A program made the position numbers and the translations under genes. Positions 47,419-57,218 of a stretch of DNA of 64,000 nucleotides are shown here, one piece after another. The notes below the pieces were generated by a model. That model did not search any database. It was given only the letters and a program-made list of their open reading frames with translations, and had not been told where the DNA came from. This stretch comes from Bacteroidia bacterium. GTDB lineage: Bacteria; Bacteroidota; Bacteroidia; B-17B0; Aurantibacillaceae. Each line of letters begins with the position of its first letter. Within the stretch, counting starts at the first letter, position 1. Location: assembly GCA_016787895.1 (NCBI GenBank), contig JAEUTN010000005.1:214811-278810 (forward strand), read 5' to 3'.

Positions 47419-47676
47419 TCAGATGTTGATGATTGAATATTGAGTACAAATTGATTTCCAACCCATGCAGACCCATTTTACTTCTTTTCTGTGATGAAAA
47501 CTATCCGAACGAATCCAGCTAATATAACGATTCTCTTTAGTGTTTAAGACACTTACAAAGATTTTTAACAACCCCTTTTTGTTGTGCCGTTTGATACAAT
47601 AGATAAAATACACTGTAAAAAGCACAAATAAAAGTGAGAAAAACAAGTGTATACAGGGCTGTGCCTTTATTTTCAT
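47419..47676 (-). pseudogene. 85-aa ORF that looks like a duplicated, decayed leader of the neighbouring surface-protein gene
   Basis: HNKKGLLKIFVSVL resembles YNHKGFLKFMICASL upstream of and at the start of 45831-47015. It shares a 20/20 and a 22/27 DNA repeat in the same order. It lies in AT-rich intergenic-like sequence. Confidence 0.3.
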
Positions 47677-47702
47677 CTTATTCTAATTAGAAAACATTTA
47701 GA

Positions 47703-50700
47703 TCAATGCATTACCGTCAATGAACCTCTGTAATAGTGCCGCTTGCCCTTGTAGTCCCTCATTTCTATGAGCACGGCATAGGCTCCGTCAGGCACAGGCT
47801 TGCCTTTGTATGTTCCGTCCCAGGGTTGATTGGTGGTGGTTTCAAACATCAATTCTCCCCAGCGGTTCCATATTTTCATGCCGTACCATTTAATACCCAT
47901 GCCCACCGGGCCAAACATCTCGTTGCGGCCATCCACGTTCGGGGTAAATGCAGTAGGCACATACACGGTAAACATAAAATTCACCACAATCTGTTTTTCA
48001 AAACTGTCTTTACAGCCAAAGCGGGTAATCGCATACTGTTTGATACCAAATGAGCCACTGTCCGGGAATCCGTAGGTGAAGTTCCGCTGAAACTGATTTG
48101 AGCCTGTGCTAAGCCTGTACCAGATGGTATCGGCACCGGTGCTGCTATCTAGGAAAGCGATGTTCGGATTCAATATGGTGGCGGTAGAAGGATTGGTGGT
48201 GAAAAAGGCCACCGGTTTGGGGTTTACTATGGCAGGAGCCCTGTAGCTGTAAGTGCAGCCGGGCAGCGTGGTAATGGTGAGTAATACAGACCAGGTATTG
48301 TCCCGTTTGTAGGTATGCACCGGGTTTTCTGCAGATTTTTTGGTTCCATCTCCCATATCCCAGCTCCAGGCTGTTATGGCTGCGGTACTTGTGCTGTTGT
48401 GGGTAAAAACAGAGGATTCTTCTTCACATACAGGCGAAACGGCAAACGAAGGACTGACTGCCGGATACACCGAATAGGAGCCGGAGGAAGAATCCATGCA
48501 CCCTTTGTCTGTAGTTACGATCAGTTTTGCAGAATATGTGCCCGAAGTGCCGAAATTGCGTTGAAGATTCCGCTGCGCAGAGGTGCTTCCATCTCCGAAA
48601 GTCCAGTTGTATGCTGCAATGGAACCCGGCGACACTGCTGACTGATTTGTGAACAGCAGACTATCATCCATACAAGGGTTTGTGGCAGTAAATGCAACCG
48701 CCGGCAAAGGATATACCACAATATTGGCCTGGGTATCCCGCACGCAGCCAGAGTCGGTTTGCACCTGTAGCTTTACCAGATAGGTGCCTGGCATGGTCCA
48801 TTTGTAATTCAGGGTAGCTTGTGTGCTGCTGTCTCCGTTTCCTGTATGCCATTTCCAACTTTTCACCACACCACCGCCGCGTACTGAGGGGGTTCCGGTA
48901 AAATTCTGTCTGAAGCAATGCGGGTTGCCCGGGAAGGAAGGGATTGCAAGAGGATGCACAATCAGGCCTGAAGAAATGCTGTCGGTGCAACCGGCAGAAG
49001 TGGTCACCTTCAGTTTTACCGTATAGGAGCCGGGCGCAGTATAGGTGTATACAGGGTCTTTCATGCCACTGTTTCCACCATCGCCAAAACTCCATGCCCG
49101 GATCATGGGAGTGGTTCCGTTCCAGCGTGTGGAATCTGCGAAAACGGACAGGGATTGCAAACAGTGATTCCTGCTTGTAAATCCTGCAGTGGGCAAAGCA
49201 TTTACCACAGCACCAGCAACAAAGGTATCGCGGCAGCCATGCAGTGTTTGTGCAACCAGCCTGACTGAATGTGTGCCTGCAGTAACAGGCAACCATACAG
49301 GGTCTGCGGCAACCGATGCGCCCAAACCGGCAAAATCCCATTTCCAACTCAGGAGTGTGTCACCAAATAAATTTGTTGTATTCGCAAACCGCAGGGAATC
49401 TCCTTTGCAAACCGGATTGACCGCAAACGAAGCTGCCGGTACCGGGAAAACCCTTGCTGTATGGGTTACGGTATCTGTACAACCATCTGCCGATTTCACA
49501 GCCAGCCTTACCGTGTAATCGCCAAATGAGGAATATCTGTACACCGGGGCAGAGGCAGAGGATGTATTTCCATCACCCAGGGTCCAATTGTATTGCTGGA
49601 TTGAACCACTGTCAATGATGCTGTTCTGCACAAAACGTGTACTGTCGCCAAAACACCGGTAAGATGCAGAAAACGATGCCCTTGGATTGGCACGAACATC
49701 TACCATCCGGATCACGGTGTCAATGCAGCCCTTGTCAGATTCTGCAATCAACCGCACCGGCAAACGACTGTTTGCGCCCATGGGAACAGGATAAACTGAT
49801 ACATTAAAAGAATCTGAACTACCCGCTTTCCATGCCAATGATTGAATTCTGCCCCGGGAGATGGCAGACTTGTCCGTTGCGACCAGGGTCTGTCCCTGAC
49901 AAGTAACGGGCCAGGTAAACCAGGCAGAAGGGTAAGGAAACACCTTCACTGTGACTGAATCCTGCGAGCTACAGCCCATGGAATCGGTAACAAGGAGTCT
50001 GTATTTTGTATCAGCCAAGGGTTTAGCTACGGTTGTAGCTTTGGTGGAATCGGAGAGTCCGCTTCCAGGTATCCATCTGGATTTCCATTTTCCATTGGCG
50101 CCGGTAACCACTGCAGAAAGGTTCAATTTGGCGCCGCTGCACAATTCAGCAGAATCAGGGATGACATTCAACCCTGGTTTGGCTAAAACCGAAATCCACA
50201 CTGAGTCTTTGGATGTGCACAATCCACGGTTTACTGTTTGCACCATCAAATGGTCTTCCCTTGTTCCGGAAGAATTGGGTGCTTTTAACGGGCTTTGTGC
50301 CGTGTACGGACTGCTTACCAGCCAATCAGGATCCCAGCGGTAATTGAATCCGGTTGCGGCAGGGAGTCCAATGGTGAGAGGTTTGCCATCACAAATGGCT
50401 GTATCCCTGCCAGCCAGCGCCAACCGGGGTGCTGCAAATGCTGCCTGCCCGAATTTGCAACTGCAGGCTGCAGAATCAATCACCACAAGCATGGCACAAC
50501 TCTGCCCGGCTTTCACCCGGATTTTTCGCTGCATGTTCAGCACAGAGTCTTTTAACAGCATTTTATACGCTGTATCAGTGCCCAGCAGTGCCTCTCCGGC
50601 ATCCCATTTCCCATTTGTATTTGCATCATAATGATACCGGAAAACCAGCGGTGATGAAGCATTCATGTATTTCCCGGTATTTTTTACCAGATATTTCAGC

Positions 50701-53700
50701 ACCACTTCCTCTGTATCTTTATTCAGGAGGCGGGCCGTTATTCCCGGATTCAACACGGAAAGAAGGCCCTTATCCACTATGGGATTGTTCAGGGTGCTTC
50801 CTGTTATTACTTTAATGTCGCAGGGAATACCCGTGGAAATACAAACTACCGGCTGAACAACCACTGCGCGGGTAAGCACATCAGCCGGTCCACAGGTGAG
50901 CTTGCTGCCAGTGGACTGAACCCTGATTTCAAATTCCAGAGAATCTCCGGGTATGATACCTGCAGGTATTTTCCAACTCAAAAGGGTTGCACCATTGATG
51001 TTCTTTTTTTCAATGCTGTCTTTGGAAGGTGCATTCCGAATGGGGTTCCAGTAAGAGGTGTCGTAGGTTACACCGGCCGGGACCAATATTTCTACCCTGT
51101 CTTTTATACCGGTTTTTGCAGGACCTAGTATAACTACCCTCGCCCTGAAATAAGACGGTTTCTGGCAGGGAAGCAACGAATCTGTCCAGGCTTTTACCAA
51201 TGTATAATACGGCCGCGTAACTCCTTTGATGTCGAGAGGATTGCTGAATGCAGGAATCGCAGGCACGGCATCCCCGCAGCGGATATTGGCCACGGCTCTG
51301 GCAGAAATAAAACTGCCACTGGCATAATCACAGTTGGTCTTTACCCGGAAAACCAGAAACAATTTGTTCTTCGAGGTATCTATGGTGCCTATGAATCCTT
51401 TGGCAATGGCAGCATTGTATTTCCCCAGGTCCCATTCCCAGGTTGTGCCACTTATAAGCACCGGGTTGGGCAATGCTGTTTGGGATGCACTCACCGGATA
51501 TTTAAATCCTGCCGAGCCGGACACAATGTCCATACCTATGGGTAACGTAATCTGAATCCGGTTGTTGAATGTGGCTACCGATTGGATATTCTCCACAAGC
51601 AGGCTCATTTTATTTCCAGCACACAGATCGAGCACTGCGGCACTGTCCTTCAGGGTTAATTGTAAACGGGTGTTCTGCGGTTCCAGGAAGAGTGTGGTGC
51701 GTTGGGGCGTGCAACTGTATGAAGCAAAATCGGCAGGATATTGCTGACAATTCCATCCCGCATACATTACAAGACTGTCTGGCGTGCAATTGCTGAATAC
51801 AGCCCGCACTTTGAATCTCCGCATTTGCCCGGCACCCACGGTTCCTGCCCTGTAAATATCCACCATTTTTTTAATCACGGTGTCTTTCACAGCATCACGT
51901 ACTTCCACCACACGGATATTGCTGTTTTTACCTGGTGAAAGCCAGATATTGTATGCATTGAATGTGGTGCTCGGATTCGAGTATCTCACCTCCCACTCTA
52001 CCGTGTCTTTGGTTGCATAAACCGTGGAAATGGCTGGCTGAACGACAAAATTGGGTGGCTGAAAAGTAAATCTGTCTGATGTTCCAATCACGGAAGATCG
52101 AACAGTATCATAGCCGACACCCAATGCATTTTTACGTTCAAAAATATAATCGTAGTCTATGGTCAGAGGCTTATTCGCAGGCAAATTGCAACCGGGGATT
52201 ACAGAGTAGTAAAAATAACCGTGAAAGCCGTCATCACTGGGGTTGAATTTTCCGCCACTGTCTTTGTAATATTTACTCAGGTCGAATACATAGGGATTGC
52301 CTGAACCGGATTTGGCCGGAATGGTATCTTTCACTTCGGCAACTGTTGTATTGCTGCCGGCGGTGCGGTATTGAGCAAATTGCGATCTGTTTATTTTTAA
52401 ACCTGCCGGCAAATACAATCTCAATGCCTTGATTTTTGCCCAATTCCTGTATTCATAAGGGAACACATTGGCACCACCGTAATTGCTGCAACAGGTGCCA
52501 ATTCCCAAATAAAAATATTGATGGATCCAGGTTTCTGCGCAATTCGCATAGGTAATATTGTCCGGTCCATAATTTGTGAAATAATAGCCATACAGCACCA
52601 TGTTGCCGCTGAAGCTGTCACACTGGTAAGACTGGCTGGCGGTGGGATTGGCAACAGTGCTCAGATAGTATCTGTTTGCAAAACTGAGTTGCGCGGTGGT
52701 TTGAATGTTACCGGTAACCTTATACCTCACGATCAAACGCATGCTGTCATTTGCACCATACCTGTACGAGGATGACAAACACCCACCCGGCCAAATGCTG
52801 TCTACTGTGTAGTCGTAGGTAAAGGTGGCATTGGCTCCTGAGGTCACCTTTTTCCATTTTACCCGGGTGCAATTGCCGGTCACTACTTTGCCTCCCTTTA
52901 CTATTTCCAGTCGGGCATCCACCACCGTTAAATTGTTTCCATATATGATGTTGGATTCAGCATACCCATATCTCCAGTTGTTTATTCCTGTGGCATTCCT
53001 TGGCCGGCCGATAAAAATGGTTGTGATGGTGTCTCCCACCATGGCCCGTTCCACACGTATTTTTGATTTATCAATGGTACCGCTGCCATCGGCAAGTCCG
53101 TCATTGTTGTTGTCTGGCAGTCCGAAATTGCTGCGGTACAATTCGAAATTGAGAAATTTCATGCCGCCATTGCAGGAGCTGCTGCAATGCACTTTGGTGT
53201 TCACTGTATTGCAAACCGGAGTAATCCATAAATCCGGAGTGCACTGTATGCTTGGGTTGTACTTCAGGAATACTGAGACCGGAAGTATCAGATTTTTATT
53301 GGTCTTGGCACAGGTACCGGTTAGCCGGATAAGCAATTCACCCTGTGAAATATTGAATTTAAAGGCTCTCCCAAAATGGGCTGTTACCGTATCATTTCGC
53401 TGACTCACACTGTCCGGATACCAGGTGGAAGTGAGGTTTGCATGATTGATAAAAATGTCTGAAGTACTCAGGGAGTGTGTAAGTGTTTGGGGCAGTTTTA
53501 TCTGAATTTTTACCCTTCCATAAACCGGATCCATGGGAACATTGCCCACCCCACCAAACGTGTAACTGAATGTTTTGGTTTCTCCTGCCACCAGGTCCGT
53601 TGGGGTCCATGCACTTACCGAACCACCGCTGTAACTGTAGGCACCACCCCATTGTTCTCCGGTGCCCACAAGATTTTTACATTGGTTCAGGTACCTCACA

Positions 53701-54992
53701 TTGTATGCCCATCCCCCTTCATAAAAGGAACTGTTGCAGGTTTGCGGCGCATACCGGTATACATTCCAGGTTACATACCAGGTATCTTTTGGTGACATAT
53801 CTGCCATACGCAGGCGAAATACTCCCATTGGGGCAGTCCCCATCCCGATTCCGGCATATGCATTGGTAAGCACTCCTGAATCAGGATAGCCGCGGGATTT
53901 TGTGCCTTTCCATCCCTTTTGTATTTGTAAACTTCCTGTATCTATGCGCGAATACTCCCAGGGCCAGTAAGTATAACCGGAATACGGAGCCTGATATACC
54001 ACAGCAAATACTCCTTTGGCCTGCAAATTGCCAATATTGGTAATCATCAGGGTCATTTTGTGCGCTGTAGTGCCATCCAGGCATGGTGTAAGACTCACAG
54101 TGGGAACGACTTTCAGATTCGGATTGCTGCTTCCTATGGTTACCAGCGCGTTGTTCTTGGTTATCTGGCAGAGTTTACCTCCACAACCCCATTGCAATTC
54201 ATAATACGTGCTCAGATAGGTGCAACCCGTAATGGTGATGGTATCTGTTATCACCACAGATTCATTTTGCTGCAGCAGAGTGTCTTTATTACCCACTTTG
54301 CCAATTTCTGCCTGACTAAACGTTGTCCATGCAGTATCTTTGTTTGTGGTGGTGTTAAATCCCTTTTCCGATTTCAGCACCAGATCCTTTCCGGTAATGC
54401 GCATGAACCGCAGACTGCTCAGCGGACCCTTGCCGTAATTGGTAAGTGTTATTTTCCGCACAAACTTGTCTCCCACATTGCCGATAAAACTCTGATTGGT
54501 GATGCTGGCAAAACCCGGTGACGGAACGGAGGGCACAAAGGGCTGCGACATGCCTGCATCATAATTGCCGGAATAATCCACCCGGACATTGATCAGCGGG
54601 GTATACGATCCGCTTAGCAGCGGCACGATGTCGCAATTGGCCCCCATTTTTATCCTGAAACTGAAATACTGGGCAATAAAAAGATTGGGTGCCTTGAAGA
54701 CAGGCTTGTTCAGGTTCGAGATATTGCTTTCCGAAACACCTGTGCCCTGCACAGAACCGGCCCTGTACATAATCCCCACGGGCAATTGCACGGTTACCGT
54801 TACCCCGGTGATGTTGCTGGCGCTGATATTGTACACCGTGATACGGGCTGTATCATCAAACCCGCAAACGGACATGTTTTTCGGAGAAGTGCTTTGGATG
54901 TTCAGCTTGTTGCCCTGGGCATACGCTGTCCCGGCAAGCCCCAAAAGGGACCGCAGGAACAGGAAGGCTAATAAATGCCTGCGGCTGAACAT
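47703..54992 (-). CDS. 2429-aa cell-surface adhesin-like protein with tandem PKD domains and T9SS type-B (gliding-motility-associated) C-terminal domain
   Basis: The signal peptide is MFSRRHLLAFLFLRSLLGLAGTAYAQ. About 8 PKD-like units are present (W.FGDG...Y...G.Y.V.L......GC.D). The C-terminus is VPTAFTPNVDGRNEMF...IWNRWGELMFE...WDGTYKGKPVPDGAYAVLI. Confidence 0.9.
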   Translation of the reverse strand: MFSRRHLLAFLFLRSLLGLAGTAYAQGNKLNIQSTSPKNMSVCGFDDTARITVYNISASNITGVTVTVQLPVGIMYRAGSVQGTGVSESNISNLNKPVFKAPNLFIAQYFSFRIKMGANCDIVPLLSGSYTPLINVRVDYSGNYDAGMSQPFVPSVPSPGFASITNQSFIGNVGDKFVRKITLTNYGKGPLSSLRFMRITGKDLVLKSEKGFNTTTNKDTAWTTFSQAEIGKVGNKDTLLQQNESVVITDTITITGCTYLSTYYELQWGCGGKLCQITKNNALVTIGSSNPNLKVVPTVSLTPCLDGTTAHKMTLMITNIGNLQAKGVFAVVYQAPYSGYTYWPWEYSRIDTGSLQIQKGWKGTKSRGYPDSGVLTNAYAGIGMGTAPMGVFRLRMADMSPKDTWYVTWNVYRYAPQTCNSSFYEGGWAYNVRYLNQCKNLVGTGEQWGGAYSYSGGSVSAWTPTDLVAGETKTFSYTFGGVGNVPMDPVYGRVKIQIKLPQTLTHSLSTSDIFINHANLTSTWYPDSVSQRNDTVTAHFGRAFKFNISQGELLIRLTGTCAKTNKNLILPVSVFLKYNPSIQCTPDLWITPVCNTVNTKVHCSSSCNGGMKFLNFELYRSNFGLPDNNNDGLADGSGTIDKSKIRVERAMVGDTITTIFIGRPRNATGINNWRYGYAESNIIYGNNLTVVDARLEIVKGGKVVTGNCTRVKWKKVTSGANATFTYDYTVDSIWPGGCLSSSYRYGANDSMRLIVRYKVTGNIQTTAQLSFANRYYLSTVANPTASQSYQCDSFSGNMVLYGYYFTNYGPDNITYANCAETWIHQYFYLGIGTCCSNYGGANVFPYEYRNWAKIKALRLYLPAGLKINRSQFAQYRTAGSNTTVAEVKDTIPAKSGSGNPYVFDLSKYYKDSGGKFNPSDDGFHGYFYYSVIPGCNLPANKPLTIDYDYIFERKNALGVGYDTVRSSVIGTSDRFTFQPPNFVVQPAISTVYATKDTVEWEVRYSNPSTTFNAYNIWLSPGKNSNIRVVEVRDAVKDTVIKKMVDIYRAGTVGAGQMRRFKVRAVFSNCTPDSLVMYAGWNCQQYPADFASYSCTPQRTTLFLEPQNTRLQLTLKDSAAVLDLCAGNKMSLLVENIQSVATFNNRIQITLPIGMDIVSGSAGFKYPVSASQTALPNPVLISGTTWEWDLGKYNAAIAKGFIGTIDTSKNKLFLVFRVKTNCDYASGSFISARAVANIRCGDAVPAIPAFSNPLDIKGVTRPYYTLVKAWTDSLLPCQKPSYFRARVVILGPAKTGIKDRVEILVPAGVTYDTSYWNPIRNAPSKDSIEKKNINGATLLSWKIPAGIIPGDSLEFEIRVQSTGSKLTCGPADVLTRAVVVQPVVCISTGIPCDIKVITGSTLNNPIVDKGLLSVLNPGITARLLNKDTEEVVLKYLVKNTGKYMNASSPLVFRYHYDANTNGKWDAGEALLGTDTAYKMLLKDSVLNMQRKIRVKAGQSCAMLVVIDSAACSCKFGQAAFAAPRLALAGRDTAICDGKPLTIGLPAATGFNYRWDPDWLVSSPYTAQSPLKAPNSSGTREDHLMVQTVNRGLCTSKDSVWISVLAKPGLNVIPDSAELCSGAKLNLSAVVTGANGKWKSRWIPGSGLSDSTKATTVAKPLADTKYRLLVTDSMGCSSQDSVTVKVFPYPSAWFTWPVTCQGQTLVATDKSAISRGRIQSLAWKAGSSDSFNVSVYPVPMGANSRLPVRLIAESDKGCIDTVIRMVDVRANPRASFSASYRCFGDSTRFVQNSIIDSGSIQQYNWTLGDGNTSSASAPVYRYSSFGDYTVRLAVKSADGCTDTVTHTARVFPVPAASFAVNPVCKGDSLRFANTTNLFGDTLLSWKWDFAGLGASVAADPVWLPVTAGTHSVRLVAQTLHGCRDTFVAGAVVNALPTAGFTSRNHCLQSLSVFADSTRWNGTTPMIRAWSFGDGGNSGMKDPVYTYTAPGSYTVKLKVTTSAGCTDSISSGLIVHPLAIPSFPGNPHCFRQNFTGTPSVRGGGVVKSWKWHTGNGDSSTQATLNYKWTMPGTYLVKLQVQTDSGCVRDTQANIVVYPLPAVAFTATNPCMDDSLLFTNQSAVSPGSIAAYNWTFGDGSTSAQRNLQRNFGTSGTYSAKLIVTTDKGCMDSSSGSYSVYPAVSPSFAVSPVCEEESSVFTHNSTSTAAITAWSWDMGDGTKKSAENPVHTYKRDNTWSVLLTITTLPGCTYSYRAPAIVNPKPVAFFTTNPSTATILNPNIAFLDSSTGADTIWYRLSTGSNQFQRNFTYGFPDSGSFGIKQYAITRFGCKDSFEKQIVVNFMFTVYVPTAFTPNVDGRNEMFGPVGMGIKWYGMKIWNRWGELMFETTTNQPWDGTYKGKPVPDGAYAVLIEMRDYKGKRHYYRGSLTVMH

Positions 54993-55139
54993 AACTTACA
55001 AATATAAGACTCCCATTTGATATAAGAGTATGGAAAATCACCCTGAAACAGGTAGGAAAAGGGTTTACAGCTCCCGATAAACTACCTGTATTCAAACAGC
55101 AATTACTTTGCCTCTAAAGAAGTGAACCATAGAAAATCT

Positions 55140-55829
55140 TCACTTCTTTTTCCTGGCGAGAATGACATTCAAAAGAAACACACTTCCTGCAAAAAGAAGA
55201 AAACCAATCTTGTACCACTCAAAGCCGTCCTCTCCCATCAGACTCAGAACTGCAGCAAAAACGCCCATACCCAACACAGATATGGCCAAAATCATTGCCC
55301 AGGTGCCCACATAGAAGCCTTTTTGCTGAATTTTTTGCCGGGTCTCTGTCTGATTTACCTCATCAATCTTTTGCTGTATTGCAACCCACAGAGGCCAACT
55401 CTCTTCACTAACCACTTCATCCAACTCAGGTGAAAGGATACAGTTTCGGGGGTATGAACTGCATTTCAGTTGAATAAAAATCTTATTCCCGTTTGAATCT
55501 AAATTGCAGGATGCATTTCTGAGTTCTACCCATGGAATATTCATTTTTACCGGGTACAAATAAACATTCTGGGTGGTTTCAATGCTCAATCCCGAAGATT
55601 GAACATATACATGACAGGCCGCATTTACGTTTCTCCCGACAACCCTCAGCATGGTAAAAATACCCAAAACAACCCCGGCGAACGAACACATCATGATGAG
55701 CCAATCCGGCATGGGGATGAAGATACCGGCCAACACAAATGGGATAATACACAGGATGGGCACAATTATCAGCGCCAAAACCATGGTGCCTGTGCGATAA
55801 AACCTTGCCTGATAAGCGGTGGATGGCAT
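55140..55829 (-). CDS. hypothetical membrane protein (2+2 helices around a soluble domain)
   Basis: This is a 229-aa ORF. I recognise no motif. Confidence 0.5.
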   Translation of the reverse strand: MPSTAYQARFYRTGTMVLALIIVPILCIIPFVLAGIFIPMPDWLIMMCSFAGVVLGIFTMLRVVGRNVNAACHVYVQSSGLSIETTQNVYLYPVKMNIPWVELRNASCNLDSNGNKIFIQLKCSSYPRNCILSPELDEVVSEESWPLWVAIQQKIDEVNQTETRQKIQQKGFYVGTWAMILAISVLGMGVFAAVLSLMGEDGFEWYKIGFLLFAGSVFLLNVILARKKK

Positions 55830-56003
55830 GTTTGTACAAAGTTCGCAAATTGCGAGGTGTAAACAAATTATCGCGAAATAAATATAAGCTTAATCAAATC
55901 CAAATAAAATATATTAATCCGCTTTTCAAATGTGTTTTTCAAATTTTTTGTTTGCCAGAATATCACAGAATGATTCGTTCATTTTCTCACGGAAAACCGT
56001 GAT

Positions 56004-57218
56004 TTATACAAACCTGTGCGTATTCACTTCATACAATTGCAGTTTCTCGGTTGCACTAAAATCCGGTGCGTTCAGAAAATTACGCAGCACGGTACTTTCA
56101 TCTTTATCCTGCAATTCCATGAAAAAATCTGTACCAAAAAGCACCCGGTCTGCTATGGGTGATTTCATTACTGCAGACAGCCGGGGAAAGGTTTTCGTAT
56201 TCTCCAGTGTGTAGCTGATATCCGTCCAGCAATTGGGGTATTTGGCCATCATGATTTTGATCAGCTCAAACCAGGATATATAAGCCGCTGCATTGCCCAC
56301 CCCATTGTCCAGCATTTTTACCTCGTCCTCTGTCTTGCCTTTAAACAAAGTTTCGGCCAGCACTTCTTCTGCCCCTCCGAAATGGGCCAAACACAATTTG
56401 ATATCCGGATATTTCACCAGAATGGGTTCATAATTGGATGGATGCGAAAACAAATTGCAGGCCCAGGCATTGCCCTGTATGTCTTTTCTGGCTGGCCCCT
56501 GATAATTTCTGTACCGCTGTATGCGTTCGTAAATGGGTTGCATATAAACAGGGTCAGGATTTACGGACAGGGGCCGGGTGCCAATTAAATTCCAGACCCC
56601 GCTGCCTATATAATTTACTCCAAACCGCGTGCAGTGAGTGGTTACAGGCAATTTGTTTGCGTTTGCAAATTCCCACATCGGTTTCAGGCGTTCATCAAAA
56701 GGATAAAATCCCAGGGCCGGATAAATCTTGAAACCACTGAAATATCCTGTGGCCCATTTTTGTTTTATCCATGCATCGAGTTCAGCGCCGCCCAAATGCC
56801 GGGGATCTATACTCAAAAAGGGATACACCTTGTTCCCCAGCCTGCGTTTGATGTCCATAATCTCCGCAAGCTGTGTCTCTATTTTCGGTCCGCCTTTCAG
56901 TCCCTGATCACTCATGTAATCCATGTTCAGGGTGAGCAATACGTAGGAAGTATTTAATCCCTGATAGGATTTGTCTATATGCTGCAACAACTGGTCCTGG
57001 GTTTCAAATAAGCCTACATTCAGAAACTCTGCATAGCGGGTCACCTTTGGAAACAGTCGCTGTGCCCCCAGAATTTTCAACAGTTTTCTGCCCGCTTTGC
57101 TGCTGAGCAGACGGAGAAAAAAATCTGCCTTGCTACCCAATATTCCATCCAACCGCACTTTCAGGAAATCTTCCGGAATAAAATGGTAATTGAAAATATG
57201 AATATGGGCATTGATCAT
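56004..57218 (-). CDS. amidohydrolase-superfamily metal hydrolase (Amidohydro_2-like)
   Basis: It has an N-terminal HxH (MINAHIHIF), PVTTHC, CLAHFGG and RVLFGTDFF. This is the beta-strand-end metal ligand pattern of TIM-barrel amidohydrolases. No signal peptide is present. Confidence 0.7.
   Translation of the reverse strand: MINAHIHIFNYHFIPEDFLKVRLDGILGSKADFFLRLLSSKAGRKLLKILGAQRLFPKVTRYAEFLNVGLFETQDQLLQHIDKSYQGLNTSYVLLTLNMDYMSDQGLKGGPKIETQLAEIMDIKRRLGNKVYPFLSIDPRHLGGAELDAWIKQKWATGYFSGFKIYPALGFYPFDERLKPMWEFANANKLPVTTHCTRFGVNYIGSGVWNLIGTRPLSVNPDPVYMQPIYERIQRYRNYQGPARKDIQGNAWACNLFSHPSNYEPILVKYPDIKLCLAHFGGAEEVLAETLFKGKTEDEVKMLDNGVGNAAAYISWFELIKIMMAKYPNCWTDISYTLENTKTFPRLSAVMKSPIADRVLFGTDFFMELQDKDESTVLRNFLNAPDFSATEKLQLYEVNTHRFV

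Noticed and set aside
48664-49347. 227-aa alternative-frame ORF (and many 60-190-aa ORFs on both strands between 47.7 and 55 kb)
   Set aside because: All lie inside the 2429-aa adhesin gene. They are Cys/Arg/Trp-rich shadow frames without start context.
54999-55006. TATATTTG on the minus strand, matching the Bacteroidota -7 promoter consensus TAnnTTTG, upstream of the giant adhesin gene
   Set aside because: It ends only 6 nt from the ATG, which leaves no room for a normal 5' UTR. It is probably a chance match in AT-rich sequence, so it is not reported as a promoter.
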